The notes beneath the pieces were generated by a model. The model searched no databases. It was not told the origin of the DNA and saw only the letters and a program-made list of their open reading frames with translations. This document shows positions 19,116 through 29,124 of a DNA stretch of 64,000 nucleotides, piece by piece (within the stretch, counting starts at the first letter, position 1; the number at the start of each line of letters is the position of its first letter). A program made the position numbers and the translations under genes. Source of the stretch: Patescibacteria group bacterium (lineage in GTDB: Bacteria > Patescibacteriota > Minisyncoccia > Phycocordibacterales > UBA9973); NCBI GenBank assembly GCA_038063515.1, contig JBBTUY010000006.1:26505-90504 (forward strand), in the 5' to 3' direction.

Positions 19116-20462
19116 TTATTTAAACATTATTCGTATCTGCTCGAGTTCTTGTAGAAGCTGGGGGTCATTTTTTATATCAACTTTTATTTTCAAGCATGAA
19201 TGTATTACTGTGGTGTGATCTTTACCTCCTAGTTTTTGTCCAATGAGGGGGTAAGATACATTAAAGTCTTCTCTTAAAAGATACATTATTACTTGTCGAG
19301 CCTTTACTATTTCTTTCTTTCTTATTTTTTCATAGATTGATTCCTCTTCTATTTTATAGTACTCGCTAACTATTTTAACAACATCTTTTATTGCCATGTT
19401 CTTTTTTGGTTTGATGCTGTTTTTCAGAAGATTTTTTATTTCAGAAAGTGTGGGCGATCTACCTTTTAGTTTGTATTGGCATACTATTATATTTAGGCTA
19501 CCTTCCAGTTCGCGTATATTGCCCTCTATTGTGCCTGCTACGTACTCAACTATCTCTGGCTCTAGTTCTATGTTTAATTCTCTTAATTTAACCTTTAAAA
19601 TGGCTACACGAGACTCGTATTCAGGTTCTGTTATGTCTACTATCATCCCAGCTGCAAAACGAGACTTGAGCCTGTCTGCTAGTTCGGGGATGTGGTTTGG
19701 GTGTTTGTCTGAGGAGAAGACTATTTGTTTATTATTTTCGTAGAATGTGTTAAATGTGTGGAAAAGCTCTTCTTGAATCTTCTCCATCTTACCTATAAAC
19801 TGAATATCGTCTATGATGAGGAGATCATACTTCCTATATTTCTCTTTAAATGAGTTTGCTTTATTGTTTTGTAGAGAATTTATGAAATCAGTCGCAAATT
19901 TCTCTAGTGTCATATAGTGCACTTTCTTGTTTTCATACTTTTCTTTTATTGTATTCCCTATTGCTTGCAGGAGGTGTGTTTTTCCTAGGCCTGTTGGTCC
20001 ATATATAAAGAATGGATTGTATTTTGTTCCTGGACTGTCCACAATCGCACTTGCAGCAGCATATGCGAGCTCGTTAAATGTACCAACTACAAAGGAATCA
20101 AAGTGGTAGCGTGGATTTAAGTTGTCTTCTGGGTTTATATATAGGTCTTTTAAGGGTAATTCTTTGTTTACAAAAGAACTTTCACCTACTTTCGTTATTT
20201 CTTGCTTACTAACTTCTATTTTAGTGATTACATATTCTACTGCACGCATGTTTTCGTAAGCTATCGCTATAGTTTTAGTTATTAGTTTATGGTATTTATT
20301 CATTAACCAGTCACGCACGAACTCATTTGGTACTGCTATATACACTATTCCTAATTCTTCTTTTAAAATAGAGGTATTCTTAAACCAGGTACTGAAATTA
20401 GCCTTAGAAACCTCAGTTTCAATTTCTAGGAGGCAGTTTCTCCAGAGTTGTTTTGTATCCAT
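19116..20462 (-). CDS. dnaA: Chromosomal replication initiator DnaA
   Basis: LNPRYHFDSFVVG, YGPTGLGKTHL, DDIQF, GNIRELEG, GGKDHTTVIH. Confidence 0.99.
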   Translation of the reverse strand: MDTKQLWRNCLLEIETEVSKANFSTWFKNTSILKEELGIVYIAVPNEFVRDWLMNKYHKLITKTIAIAYENMRAVEYVITKIEVSKQEITKVGESSFVNKELPLKDLYINPEDNLNPRYHFDSFVVGTFNELAYAAASAIVDSPGTKYNPFFIYGPTGLGKTHLLQAIGNTIKEKYENKKVHYMTLEKFATDFINSLQNNKANSFKEKYRKYDLLIIDDIQFIGKMEKIQEELFHTFNTFYENNKQIVFSSDKHPNHIPELADRLKSRFAAGMIVDITEPEYESRVAILKVKLRELNIELEPEIVEYVAGTIEGNIRELEGSLNIIVCQYKLKGRSPTLSEIKNLLKNSIKPKKNMAIKDVVKIVSEYYKIEEESIYEKIRKKEIVKARQVIMYLLREDFNVSYPLIGQKLGGKDHTTVIHSCLKIKVDIKNDPQLLQELEQIRIMFK

Positions 20463-20517
20463 GGATCTATAATACCCTATTTACAGGGTAGAGGAAAATT
20501 TTTAATCTTATTAACTA

Positions 20518-20537
20518 TGTTGATAATCTGTGGATAA
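20518..20537. promoter_or_regulatory. DnaA boxes upstream of dnaA
   Basis: TGTTGATAA (20518-20526) and perfect TGTGGATAA (20529-20537). Confidence 0.75.
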
Positions 20538-20609
20538 AAAAGTTAGGGGTGTATATATTTATTGTTTTCCTCTCTTGATAATTTATTAATATTATTGTAG
20601 TATCTAAAT

Positions 20610-20744
20610 ATGTCACAAACATACCAACCTAAAAAGAGAAAAAGAGCTAGATCTCACGGTTTTCTCGTTAGATCCCGAACTAAAACTGGCAGTAATGTCC
20701 TAAAGCGAAGACGTCAGAAAGGCAGAAAAAAGCTTTCTGTGTAG
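20610..20744 (+). CDS. rpmH: 50S ribosomal protein L34
   Basis: Manual translation [44 protein letters not shown]. Confidence 0.96.
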   Translation: MSQTYQPKKRKRARSHGFLVRSRTKTGSNVLKRRRQKGRKKLSV

Positions 20745-20751
20745 CATTTAA

Positions 20752-21099
20752 ATGCTTGCTAAAAAAAATAGATTAGACAAAAAAGGTGTAGATTTAGTCT
20801 TTAAGCTCTGTCCACCTAGTGGAAATAGAGGTTTTTTGCTGTTTTCTACCCATTTAACCTTTAAATTCCTAAAAGAAGAGCAAAATACAGACCCCCGTAT
20901 CTCATTTATAGCCTCAAAAGGAGTGGTAAAGCTTGCAGTTAAAAGGAACCTTTTAAGGAGAAGTGGGTATAGTGCTCTAGCTAAACATATCCAAACACTA
21001 CCCTCTTGTATATCAGGGGTCTTTATTTTTAAAAAGTATCAAGATGACGTCTCCATTTTAGAAAATGAAATTAAAACTATACTTCATAAGGTTAATTGA
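20752..21099 (+). CDS. rnpA: Ribonuclease P protein component
   Basis: Canonical position; N-terminal MLAKKNRL and RNR-like motif KLAVKRNLLRR. Confidence 0.88.
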   Translation: MLAKKNRLDKKGVDLVFKLCPPSGNRGFLLFSTHLTFKFLKEEQNTDPRISFIASKGVVKLAVKRNLLRRSGYSALAKHIQTLPSCISGVFIFKKYQDDVSILENEIKTILHKVN

Positions 21100-21280
21100 C
21101 CTATATAAAAAGTACATTTCGCCTTCCATAAAAGGAAATTGTGTTTTTTACCCTACTTGTTCAGATTATACCAAGCAAGCAATAGAAAAGTACGGTATTT
21201 TTAAAGGCATGTATTTAGGATTTTTACGTATTTTACGCTGCCACCCCTGGCAGAAAGATCACATAGATCCAGTCCTTTGA
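21065..21280 (+). CDS. yidD: Membrane protein insertion efficiency factor
   Basis: CVFYPTCSDY...RILRCHPW...DPV. Confidence 0.93.
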   Translation: MKLKLYFIRLIDLYKKYISPSIKGNCVFYPTCSDYTKQAIEKYGIFKGMYLGFLRILRCHPWQKDHIDPVL

Positions 21281-21310
21281 TTTTTGATCATTTTCATATA
21301 GAATAAGAAC

Positions 21311-22069
21311 ATGCTACATAATATATGGGATGCTGTTTTATACCATCCACTCATCAACGCGCTTGCATTTTTAGTCTCTATTGTACCTGGGGGTGATTTA
21401 GGTATTGCAGTCATACTCCTCACTATTTTAGTTAAATTAATTCTCTTCCCTCTTTCTCAAAAATCTCTTGAAAACCAAGCAGCAATGACCATGCTTGCTC
21501 CAGAGCTTAATAAAATAAAAAAAAGCGGGGCAACCAAAGAAGAGCAGGCACGAATGACATTTGAATTATATAAAAAGCACAAAACAAATCCTTTCTCTGG
21601 GTGTCTTTTAGTTTTAATACAAATCCCTATAATATTTGCTCTATATTACGTTTTCTATAAAGGTATAAAATTTGATGCTGGTGTTATATATTCTTTTATT
21701 CATGTTCCAGAAGAGATAAATACTGTTTTCTTAGGTATTCTCGATCTAAATGCAAAAAGTATATTTCTAGCAGTTTTGGCGGGTATCTCTCAATATTTGC
21801 AAGCATATTTTATGCCTACTCCAGCACCAAGCTCATCAAGCGACTCCTCTGACCCCAACTCTTTTGCTGAGAGCTTTTCTAAGAGTATGGCCATGCAGAT
21901 GAAATACATCTTCCCTTTTATTGTGGCATTTATAGCTTACAGTATCTCAGGTGCAATAGCTTTGTACTGGATTGTTAGTAATTTGTTTTCTGTTGCTCAA
22001 CAAGTGTATGTAAATAAAACAGAAAAGAAAAGATTAGACAAAGAAGTGGAAGTATTAATTCATGAATAA
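21311..22069 (+). CDS. yidC: Membrane protein insertase YidC (short form)
   Basis: GIAVILLTILVKLILFPL, NPFSGCLLVLIQIPI, LYWIVSN. Confidence 0.95.
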   Translation: MLHNIWDAVLYHPLINALAFLVSIVPGGDLGIAVILLTILVKLILFPLSQKSLENQAAMTMLAPELNKIKKSGATKEEQARMTFELYKKHKTNPFSGCLLVLIQIPIIFALYYVFYKGIKFDAGVIYSFIHVPEEINTVFLGILDLNAKSIFLAVLAGISQYLQAYFMPTPAPSSSSDSSDPNSFAESFSKSMAMQMKYIFPFIVAFIAYSISGAIALYWIVSNLFSVAQQVYVNKTEKKRLDKEVEVLIHE

Positions 22070-22547
22070 TCAAGAAATTGAAAATTTAATAAAAGAATTA
22101 ATTGAAAAAACTAATATAAAGATACAGAAGATTTCTGTTATTCCTGATACCATGAATAACACATGGTTTGCTGTTGATGTTGATGAACCACACTTCTTTA
22201 TAAACAATGAAGGTGAGGCATTACAAGCCTTAAATCACCTTGTTCGTAGGTTGGTAGAGAATAAGATGTTTTCAAATAAAACTGACGCTCTTAACGACAC
22301 GAGAAACAGCATCCTCATTGATATCAATGATTTTCAAAAGAAAAAAGTAGAAAGTGTGCGTGCTATTGCTCACATGATGGGAGAGCGCGCTAAATATTTC
22401 AAAGCAAATGTAGAAGTTGATCCTATGTCTTCTTTTGATCGAAGGATAGTACATGAATTTCTCGCTAATAGAGAAGATCTAAAGACAGAGTCTGTCGGCC
22501 TTGGCCCTACTCGTCGTGTGGTTATTAAATACGTAGGCGTAATTTAG
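22062..22547 (+). CDS. jag: Jag/KhpB-like RNA-binding protein (KH plus R3H)
   Basis: GEALQALNHL, DINDF, PMSSFDRRIVH (R3H), TESVGLGPTRRVVI; follows yidC. Confidence 0.85.
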   Translation: MNNQEIENLIKELIEKTNIKIQKISVIPDTMNNTWFAVDVDEPHFFINNEGEALQALNHLVRRLVENKMFSNKTDALNDTRNSILIDINDFQKKKVESVRAIAHMMGERAKYFKANVEVDPMSSFDRRIVHEFLANREDLKTESVGLGPTRRVVIKYVGVI

Positions 22548-22662
22548 ATTAAATAAAATAATTTTTGGAGGGGTCTCTCGGCTGCCCTGCCGAGAGTTTC
22601 AGGATTTTTTAAATTTGAAAAATCTGTACCGGAAAAAATTGATTTTATTTAATCTAAATTAC
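22539..22662 (+). repeat. Family A palindromic element, copy A2 (between convergent genes)
   Basis: Core GGAGGGGTCTCTCGGCTGCCCTGCCGAGAGTTTCAGGATTTTTTAAATTTGAAAAATCTGTACCG; arms GTAATTTAGATTAAATAAAAT / ATTTTATTTAATCTAAATTAC. Confidence 0.9.
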
Positions 22663-24068
22663 CTTAGTTTAAGCTCCCAGAGAATTGAATCTTTTTTGTT
22701 TACAAAAAATAAATAGTCTTCGTATGCACTAAGTGAAAGTTTTATACCATCAGTCTCTACCCCACCTAATTCTAATATAGGATCTACAAGCACAGTATTT
22801 TTTACATCTTTAATACCTATTTTCCATATCTGGTCTTCAAATGAAGCCTCTCCTTGATACCATGCATCTGGATATGTTAATCCAGGGATTGATTTAGGTA
22901 CTGCACAATACACATACTCACTTGTCTTGTTCCACACACATTTTTCTGGCAGTGTCCTTACTCCGAGTGCTGTGGAAGCCTTTGTTTCTGTGTTGTAGAC
23001 GTTTAAGGATAGATTGCTATCACTATACAATACAAGCTTGCCTGTGGGGCTCGTGAGTGTGGTGAGTCCATATATATCACCTAAGACTCTAGTGAAGCTC
23101 TTTTTATCTACATCGAGTGCATACATGTATCCAAGAACGATACCAGATGGTTTAGTTGTAAGTGTGACACTTTTACTACTTGGCCAGAAAGACAACCATT
23201 CAGTGAAGCTCGAATCAAATATTTGGCTCTTTTTACTATCTCTTAAATTTAAAATATTACCAACAATAGAATTAGAAACATTTGTTAGATAAAATATTTT
23301 AGATTGATCGGGAGATGGACTTATGTCTTGTATGTTTTCAGTTAAAAATATTCCTTTTGTTTCAATAATTTCTCCATCAGCTCCAAGCTTTTCTTTTGGT
23401 AGCTGTCCTAGGAAAGTCTCTATCGTAACACCGTCCCCTTTTAATCGTCTCATGACTACAGACTCTCCATGGTTTCCAAAATAAGCATCATATATTTTAG
23501 GTATCACAGTACTAGAAAATTTTATCTCTTGTATTTTGTCTATGAAAGTTTGATAAATGTTTCCAGTTGAACGATCCACATATCTAAGTGCTTCCATAAA
23601 TTCTGTTGGCGCAGGTGCTGGAGTTTTATTTATTACTTTTTTTACTTCAGGTTTTACCTCAACTTTTCCCGAGGGTTCACCTTGGGAGGTTGTGGTTGTA
23701 GAAGTTTGATTTTCTGTAGCGGGAGTTAATGGTGTTTCTATGACAGGTATTTCTTTAAATCTTTCTTTCATAAATATAGTAAATCCAGCAATAGGCATAG
23801 ATGAAACTTGTTTTAGTTTGGCCACTATCTCTACTTCATCAGGGTTTTCTTGTAGGTCTCCATTTTCATCTACAAATGGAGGGTTGGCTTCGTCTTTTTT
23901 ATTATCATCACTTCGAAATGGGTTAAATTGTGAGAGAAAATTTATCCCCTCACTTACAGGATTGTTATCCCCTTCTCCATTATCTTTGGCAAAATATGAA
24001 AAGCTAAAAAACGCAAGTACTGCGAGAGTTAAAGTTATTATTAAAATTAAAATACTTTTTTTAAGCAT
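22659..24068 (-). CDS. Membrane-anchored protein with probable beta-propeller (TolB-like) C-terminal domain
   Basis: N-terminal TM, low-complexity linker, SPSPDQSKIFY and SPTGKLVLY repeats. Confidence 0.7.
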   Translation of the reverse strand: MLKKSILILIITLTLAVLAFFSFSYFAKDNGEGDNNPVSEGINFLSQFNPFRSDDNKKDEANPPFVDENGDLQENPDEVEIVAKLKQVSSMPIAGFTIFMKERFKEIPVIETPLTPATENQTSTTTTSQGEPSGKVEVKPEVKKVINKTPAPAPTEFMEALRYVDRSTGNIYQTFIDKIQEIKFSSTVIPKIYDAYFGNHGESVVMRRLKGDGVTIETFLGQLPKEKLGADGEIIETKGIFLTENIQDISPSPDQSKIFYLTNVSNSIVGNILNLRDSKKSQIFDSSFTEWLSFWPSSKSVTLTTKPSGIVLGYMYALDVDKKSFTRVLGDIYGLTTLTSPTGKLVLYSDSNLSLNVYNTETKASTALGVRTLPEKCVWNKTSEYVYCAVPKSIPGLTYPDAWYQGEASFEDQIWKIGIKDVKNTVLVDPILELGGVETDGIKLSLSAYEDYLFFVNKKDSILWELKLR

Positions 24069-24071
24069 AAA

Positions 24072-25100
24072 TTAAAAATTACATTTACGAGCTGCTCCCC
24101 ATGTCGGATACCATCTTCCTCTTTGTTCTGATAATAATTTTTGTGCAAAAGCTATATTAACTGCAGGGTTGTTCACATAGTTAGCACATCTGAGATATCC
24201 TTCTCTTCCTCCATTAGGTCCATCTGCTCTACAACTCTTATTTCCTGCTGTAAATTTACCTGTAAATACACCCCTACAAGCTGGAATTTCATCAGCATGA
24301 GCTACAATATTTATTTGAAATAATCCTATAGAAGCACTTGACCCATCTGCGCATATGTCTGTTCTACTGGGTTGATTTAAGCCACTACTTTCTCCCTGAC
24401 ACACACAGGATGCTTGGGTAGGATTTGAAAATCCAGCTTCTTGCATTTTTGCTATACTACAATCTCCTTTTGTTGCTGGCTGACCATTAAAATTACCTCT
24501 CCGATTTGCTTCATTTATACGATTTTGTTCATAGTTCGCTTCTTTTCTTATATCAAACTCTTTAATTTCAACTGTTAATGTTGTTTCTTCTATCCCTATA
24601 TCTAAATTAAGTAAATCAGGATTTATTTGATAAAGAATGACCCAAGATCCGAGAGCAAGGAGGAGGCCTAGGATTGCGTGCTGTATTTTCTCTAATCCGT
24701 CCGCTTTATTCCCTGGTAGCTCGCTCGTCATGTATTCCATACCTCCCATCACTATCATAACCACAGCAAGTACAGCACATATTCCTATAAATAATTGCAT
24801 GCCTAGATTGAGATACTTACTGAGTGCATTTGGATCTTCAGGGTCAAAACTTGTGAGTAGTTTACCATCTGTTCCGGGTAGTGGTTGGAGGAATTTGTAA
24901 CTTGTGTCAGTTGGTAGAGGTTTATTAGTTCCTGGTTCAAAATTTTGATTTTTACAAGGTGAATTATTTGGTACTGTAGTGACAAAATTATCAAAAGTAC
25001 AAGGCTCATTAGGATTTGTGGCTGACGCATTTATATCTTTTACAGAAAAAAAGGATCCGACCAGTATTATTATAAAAATGTATGTTAAAATTTTCTTCAT
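24072..25100 (-). CDS. VirB2/TrbC-like pilin domain fused to a lysozyme-like/transglycosylase domain
   Basis: Signal peptide; two-TM pilin-like segment (LAVVMIVMGGMEYMTS...AILGLLLALGSWVILYQINPDLL); C-terminal ESSG...IGLFQIN...NPAVNIAFA...W.PTW. Confidence 0.7.
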   Translation of the reverse strand: MKKILTYIFIIILVGSFFSVKDINASATNPNEPCTFDNFVTTVPNNSPCKNQNFEPGTNKPLPTDTSYKFLQPLPGTDGKLLTSFDPEDPNALSKYLNLGMQLFIGICAVLAVVMIVMGGMEYMTSELPGNKADGLEKIQHAILGLLLALGSWVILYQINPDLLNLDIGIEETTLTVEIKEFDIRKEANYEQNRINEANRRGNFNGQPATKGDCSIAKMQEAGFSNPTQASCVCQGESSGLNQPSRTDICADGSSASIGLFQINIVAHADEIPACRGVFTGKFTAGNKSCRADGPNGGREGYLRCANYVNNPAVNIAFAQKLLSEQRGRWYPTWGAARKCNF

Positions 25101-26089
25101 TAAAATTCTACAGTTATTGTTTTATTTGCTGTTTCTAAAATCTGGTATTTGTTTTCTATTTCTAATTTTAATCTAGAGATACCAGACACACCCTCTTCTA
25201 TCTTAAGCGGTATTATATTTTTTCTATATCCTACTATGTCTACTATCTCGTCATTTATATACCAAGTCCAAGCTAGTTGTGGACTATGTATTTGTTTTGG
25301 TGAAATAAAGTACGGCTCTGCTATTATTACTTCGTTGTCTTGTATTTGATGCCTGTCACGTAGAGCTTGCTCCCATAGAGTTCCTAGGAGAGGATCATTT
25401 CTATAAAAAGAAATTTTAGGAGACACCACTCCTATATCCATATTTTTCTTAGTTGAATACAATCCATCCACTGTGGATGCTATAACCTCTATGTTGTCAC
25501 TGTCTTCTAGGTAGTCATTTGTAAATGTGAAAGAATTCTTTCCATAACCAGAACCCTCAGCATCATTGTTGTAGTTTTTTTTCCAAGAGTAAATCATGTT
25601 TTTAGGACTTATGATTCCAGCTTTGTTTTTTATTTCAGGTAATGCTGTTACCTTTATCTCGCTGTCAGCTGTAGGGAGAGCTTTACCACGGTAAAATGGT
25701 GGTACATATGAGTTAGTTGCCTGCCAGAGCATTATCATGGTTAATGGCTTTGCTACTACTACCTTTTCTATTTCACCATCAGGGAGAGATATGACTGCTC
25801 TTATTGTTGTCTCGCTACCATTTACTGGGGTTGTTGTAGAAAAAGTTTTCTGACCTATTTGAGATGATATTTTTTTACCATTTACGTACCATGATATGAG
25901 TGTGCCGTCTAAGCTGGCTACATAGCTACTTACTGTTATAGACACACTTTCCCCAGCCTTAGGATTTTCTGGTGACATGTTTATGGATATAGCTGTGGGC
26001 GATACAGCAAAAGTTTTAACCGGTACTGTGTATACAGCAATAAATAATATAATAAATATATTTGCTACATATGTAAGCTCTCTACGCAT
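25100..26089 (-). CDS. Secreted beta-rich (Ig-like) hypothetical protein
   Basis: Signal peptide, SPENPKAGESVSITV, WYVNGK, SYVPPFYRGKALP. Confidence 0.7.
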   Translation of the reverse strand: MRRELTYVANIFIILFIAVYTVPVKTFAVSPTAISINMSPENPKAGESVSITVSSYVASLDGTLISWYVNGKKISSQIGQKTFSTTTPVNGSETTIRAVISLPDGEIEKVVVAKPLTMIMLWQATNSYVPPFYRGKALPTADSEIKVTALPEIKNKAGIISPKNMIYSWKKNYNNDAEGSGYGKNSFTFTNDYLEDSDNIEVIASTVDGLYSTKKNMDIGVVSPKISFYRNDPLLGTLWEQALRDRHQIQDNEVIIAEPYFISPKQIHSPQLAWTWYINDEIVDIVGYRKNIIPLKIEEGVSGISRLKLEIENKYQILETANKTITVEF

Positions 26090-26114
26090 TTTCTAATTGT
26101 ATAACAAAAAGTGA

Positions 26115-27977
26115 CTAAAGTCTCCCCTCTTTCATGGTTTCCTCGTAGTCTTCTTTTGCTTTTCTGTTTGACAATATTTGAGATGGATCTGATGTGATGA
26201 TCTGGTCTTCGGTGTAAGACGCTACTATTTTTATAGCTACGTGCTTGAGCCCAGCAAAGAATATCCCTTCACCTACCCCTGACTCTAAGAGGAGGTACTT
26301 TTCTTCATCTGTTAGGTTGAATGTCTTCTGGAGTACGTCTATGGTCGTAGGCGACTGTTTTAGGAGTATTTGAATTGAGGAGTTTGTAACTATAGGCACT
26401 CCGTAGGGAGATTTCATAAAGTCTGCAGCGTCTTGAGTAATGGTTGCAAGGCCTAAATAGTATTTTCTTCCTCTTTTAGCAATAGAGTATAAAAATGAAG
26501 CTGTGTCTTCTGATTTCATCATCCACCACGCTTCGTCTACTATGAGCAGACGCTTTTTTAGATTTTTCCTTATAGCATTCCATATATAATGCATGATTAT
26601 ATACATTGCTACTGGTTTTAACTCATCTTCCATGTCACGAATAGAGAAAACGACAAACTTTTTGTTTATGTCTACGTTACTGGGTCTGTTTAAAAATGTT
26701 GACCATGAGCCTTTTGTATATTTTGCGAGCCTAGAAACCACAGAATCACTTCCATCTATTCCAGATAATACCATTTCAAAATCTGAAAGAAGTGGCGGCT
26801 CTATGTTTGCAAAATTTGATTCTGGTGTTATGTCTTTTAATGCATATGTTTCAGATATTGCATGGTCGACTATAGAGTCTTCTTCTGGAGTAAGTCCTCC
26901 TAACATAAGTCTAAAGAGTCCTACTAAGTTTATTATGTTTGACCGGAGTACGTCTTCTGCTGTCTCGTCTTCTCTTGGAATTGGTAGGTCAAAGGGGTTC
27001 ATGTGGTGGTCTGATGATAGAGAAATATTAAAATATCTACCTCCCACAGCTTCTGCGAGGAATTCGTATTCCCTCTCTGGGTCTATGACTATAATGTCTA
27101 TATCAAACATAAGAGATCTTAGTATTTCTAATTTTGTTGCGTAAGATTTACCAGATCCTGATTTTGCAAATGTTACAGAGTTGTAGTTTTCAAGAGAAAA
27201 TCGATCAAAAATAACGAGGCTTGAATTATGTCTGTTTATACCATAAAGTATGCCGTTGTCTGACGTTAAGTCGAAAGAAATAAATGGGAAAACACTAGAG
27301 AGAGGCTCTGAATTTAATTTTTGGTGTATGTTTAGTAAGTCTGTGTTTATGGGGATGACACTTTTAAATCCTTCTTCTTGTTGAAATAATGCTGGTTTTA
27401 TATAGATTAAACGAGACTCTAATATTGATTTGATTTCATTTTCGATCTTAAATAGTTCTAAATCATTGTCTGCATATATGGTAATGTATATTCCCATATC
27501 AAACATTTTCTCTTGAGCTTGAATGAGACTATCACGAAGACCTTCGAGGTCATCGTATGCAGTATCGAGCATTGGATCACGCACCATTCCTTTTGTTTGT
27601 CTCACACTTATCTGACTCTGTACTTCAGCTACCTTTTTTTGAAACTGTCTGAGCACAAGAGAAGTATCTATTGGATGAATAAATATTGAAATATCAAATA
27701 CTTTGTCTAGGTTTATGATCGGAGAGAACCAGTTGTCAGTAAGGTATCTAGGGTATGAGATTATGAAAAACGTACGAGCTATCTTCTCTCCTAAGTTTAT
27801 AGCTTTAGGTTCTATTTTAAGTGCTGATGGAGCTATGATGTCTTGTAACTCTAAGCTCGCTGCTTCATATATCTGCTCAGGCAGGATATTTAAAGTAGAG
27901 ACTTCTGTCTCTTTCACCATTTGTTTATCTGGAGCTAGCGGTGTTTTTTTAGCGAATAATTTTTTAAAAATTTCCAT
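26115..27977 (-). CDS. virB4: VirB4/TraC-family conjugation-type ATPase
   Basis: AKSGSGKSY Walker A, IDPEREY, LIVDEAW Walker B, KRGRKY, ITQD. Confidence 0.88.
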   Translation of the reverse strand: MEIFKKLFAKKTPLAPDKQMVKETEVSTLNILPEQIYEAASLELQDIIAPSALKIEPKAINLGEKIARTFFIISYPRYLTDNWFSPIINLDKVFDISIFIHPIDTSLVLRQFQKKVAEVQSQISVRQTKGMVRDPMLDTAYDDLEGLRDSLIQAQEKMFDMGIYITIYADNDLELFKIENEIKSILESRLIYIKPALFQQEEGFKSVIPINTDLLNIHQKLNSEPLSSVFPFISFDLTSDNGILYGINRHNSSLVIFDRFSLENYNSVTFAKSGSGKSYATKLEILRSLMFDIDIIVIDPEREYEFLAEAVGGRYFNISLSSDHHMNPFDLPIPREDETAEDVLRSNIINLVGLFRLMLGGLTPEEDSIVDHAISETYALKDITPESNFANIEPPLLSDFEMVLSGIDGSDSVVSRLAKYTKGSWSTFLNRPSNVDINKKFVVFSIRDMEDELKPVAMYIIMHYIWNAIRKNLKKRLLIVDEAWWMMKSEDTASFLYSIAKRGRKYYLGLATITQDAADFMKSPYGVPIVTNSSIQILLKQSPTTIDVLQKTFNLTDEEKYLLLESGVGEGIFFAGLKHVAIKIVASYTEDQIITSDPSQILSNRKAKEDYEETMKEGRL

Positions 27978-27981
27978 ATAT

Positions 27982-28620
27982 TTATTCTAATTTAATCTTC
28001 CCTTCTACTTCCCCTGGATTAAAGACTTTGTAGAATACCTCTATCACTTCTTCGGTGCCCAAAAGAGCTGATTTTATACCACAACGGCTAAGACCCTGCT
28101 GTATGACACCCACTCTCTGTTCTAGCTGTGACTTCTTTTCTTCGAAGTCTTCCTGTTTCCTCAGTAGTTTTTCTTCTTTACTCTTTCTCTTAAATATTCT
28201 ATCTAGTATACCTTCATCTGATTTTAAAACATTATGAGAATACGGGACTATAATAAAGAAGCTTTTAGTCATTATGTTTACAGATTCTGTAAAATTCATA
28301 ATAAAATTTATGTATTCTTTGGTCTGCAGTTTAAGTAATGGTTCACTCTGTACTTTCATTCTATTTTCTAAAAGTAAAATGTATGGCCTTATGTCTAGTT
28401 TCCTTGATTGTACTGATATTTGAATAGTAAAATCTAAAGTGTTTAGGAAATTTTGAAATTGAAATATTGTAGCTTTTTGCTCATCTGAAGATTTTAGCGA
28501 AAGGTTCACTGAGTTTGCAAGGACTATGGCTCGCAAGCCACCGTCTTTTAGCACAATGATTCCATCGCGTACTTCTTTTATGGGTACAAATTCTTGTGTT
28601 GCTTTAGCTTTTAATGCCAT
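27982..28620 (-). CDS. T4SS-associated protein upstream of VirB4
   Basis: TQEFVPIKEVRDGII, NLSLKSSDEQ, FQNFLNTLDF; lies between prgI and virB4. Confidence 0.7.
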   Translation of the reverse strand: MALKAKATQEFVPIKEVRDGIIVLKDGGLRAIVLANSVNLSLKSSDEQKATIFQFQNFLNTLDFTIQISVQSRKLDIRPYILLLENRMKVQSEPLLKLQTKEYINFIMNFTESVNIMTKSFFIIVPYSHNVLKSDEGILDRIFKRKSKEEKLLRKQEDFEEKKSQLEQRVGVIQQGLSRCGIKSALLGTEEVIEVFYKVFNPGEVEGKIKLE

Positions 28621-28660
28621 TTATATATTGTATACTATTTTTACCTAAAAATTCTTAAAC

Positions 28661-29095
28661 TTACTTGTTTATTTCGTGTTTACTTAAATCAAGTACGTCC
28701 AAACTCCATGCAAGGTCTCTAAGCTTACTTTTGTTTAATCGTGGATTGCTTACCGACAGTGCCACCTCCTTCTCTTTTTTTGCAGCCTCAATCGTTTTAT
28801 TTGGATTTACTTTATTTTGGCGTCTTTTCCAAATATACAATTTACTTTGTAGTCCATATCTGAGCCCTGCTTCAAGCATTTCTATAAATGGCTTGTTGTT
28901 TGGCTTATAGAATGTGAGCGTCAGAGAAAATCCAGCTACGGCAAGCATAGGCACTAACCCTAAAAGTAAGCCTAGTAATTCGTAAATTACAAAACACATT
29001 CCCGCCCCGCCTGCTAGATATATAAATTCTTTAAAGGTAAATGGACCAAAAATTTTGTCTTCTACTTCTAAAAATTGTGGTACTTTGAATTGCAT
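28661..29095 (-). CDS. prgI: PrgI-family (VirB3-like) membrane protein
   Basis: MQFKVPQFLEVEDKIFGPFTFKEFIYL followed by two TM segments. Confidence 0.85.
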   Translation of the reverse strand: MQFKVPQFLEVEDKIFGPFTFKEFIYLAGGAGMCFVIYELLGLLLGLVPMLAVAGFSLTLTFYKPNNKPFIEMLEAGLRYGLQSKLYIWKRRQNKVNPNKTIEAAKKEKEVALSVSNPRLNKSKLRDLAWSLDVLDLSKHEINK

Positions 29096-29124
29096 ATTGT
29101 TTTATTTATGGTGAGCTTACTCTG

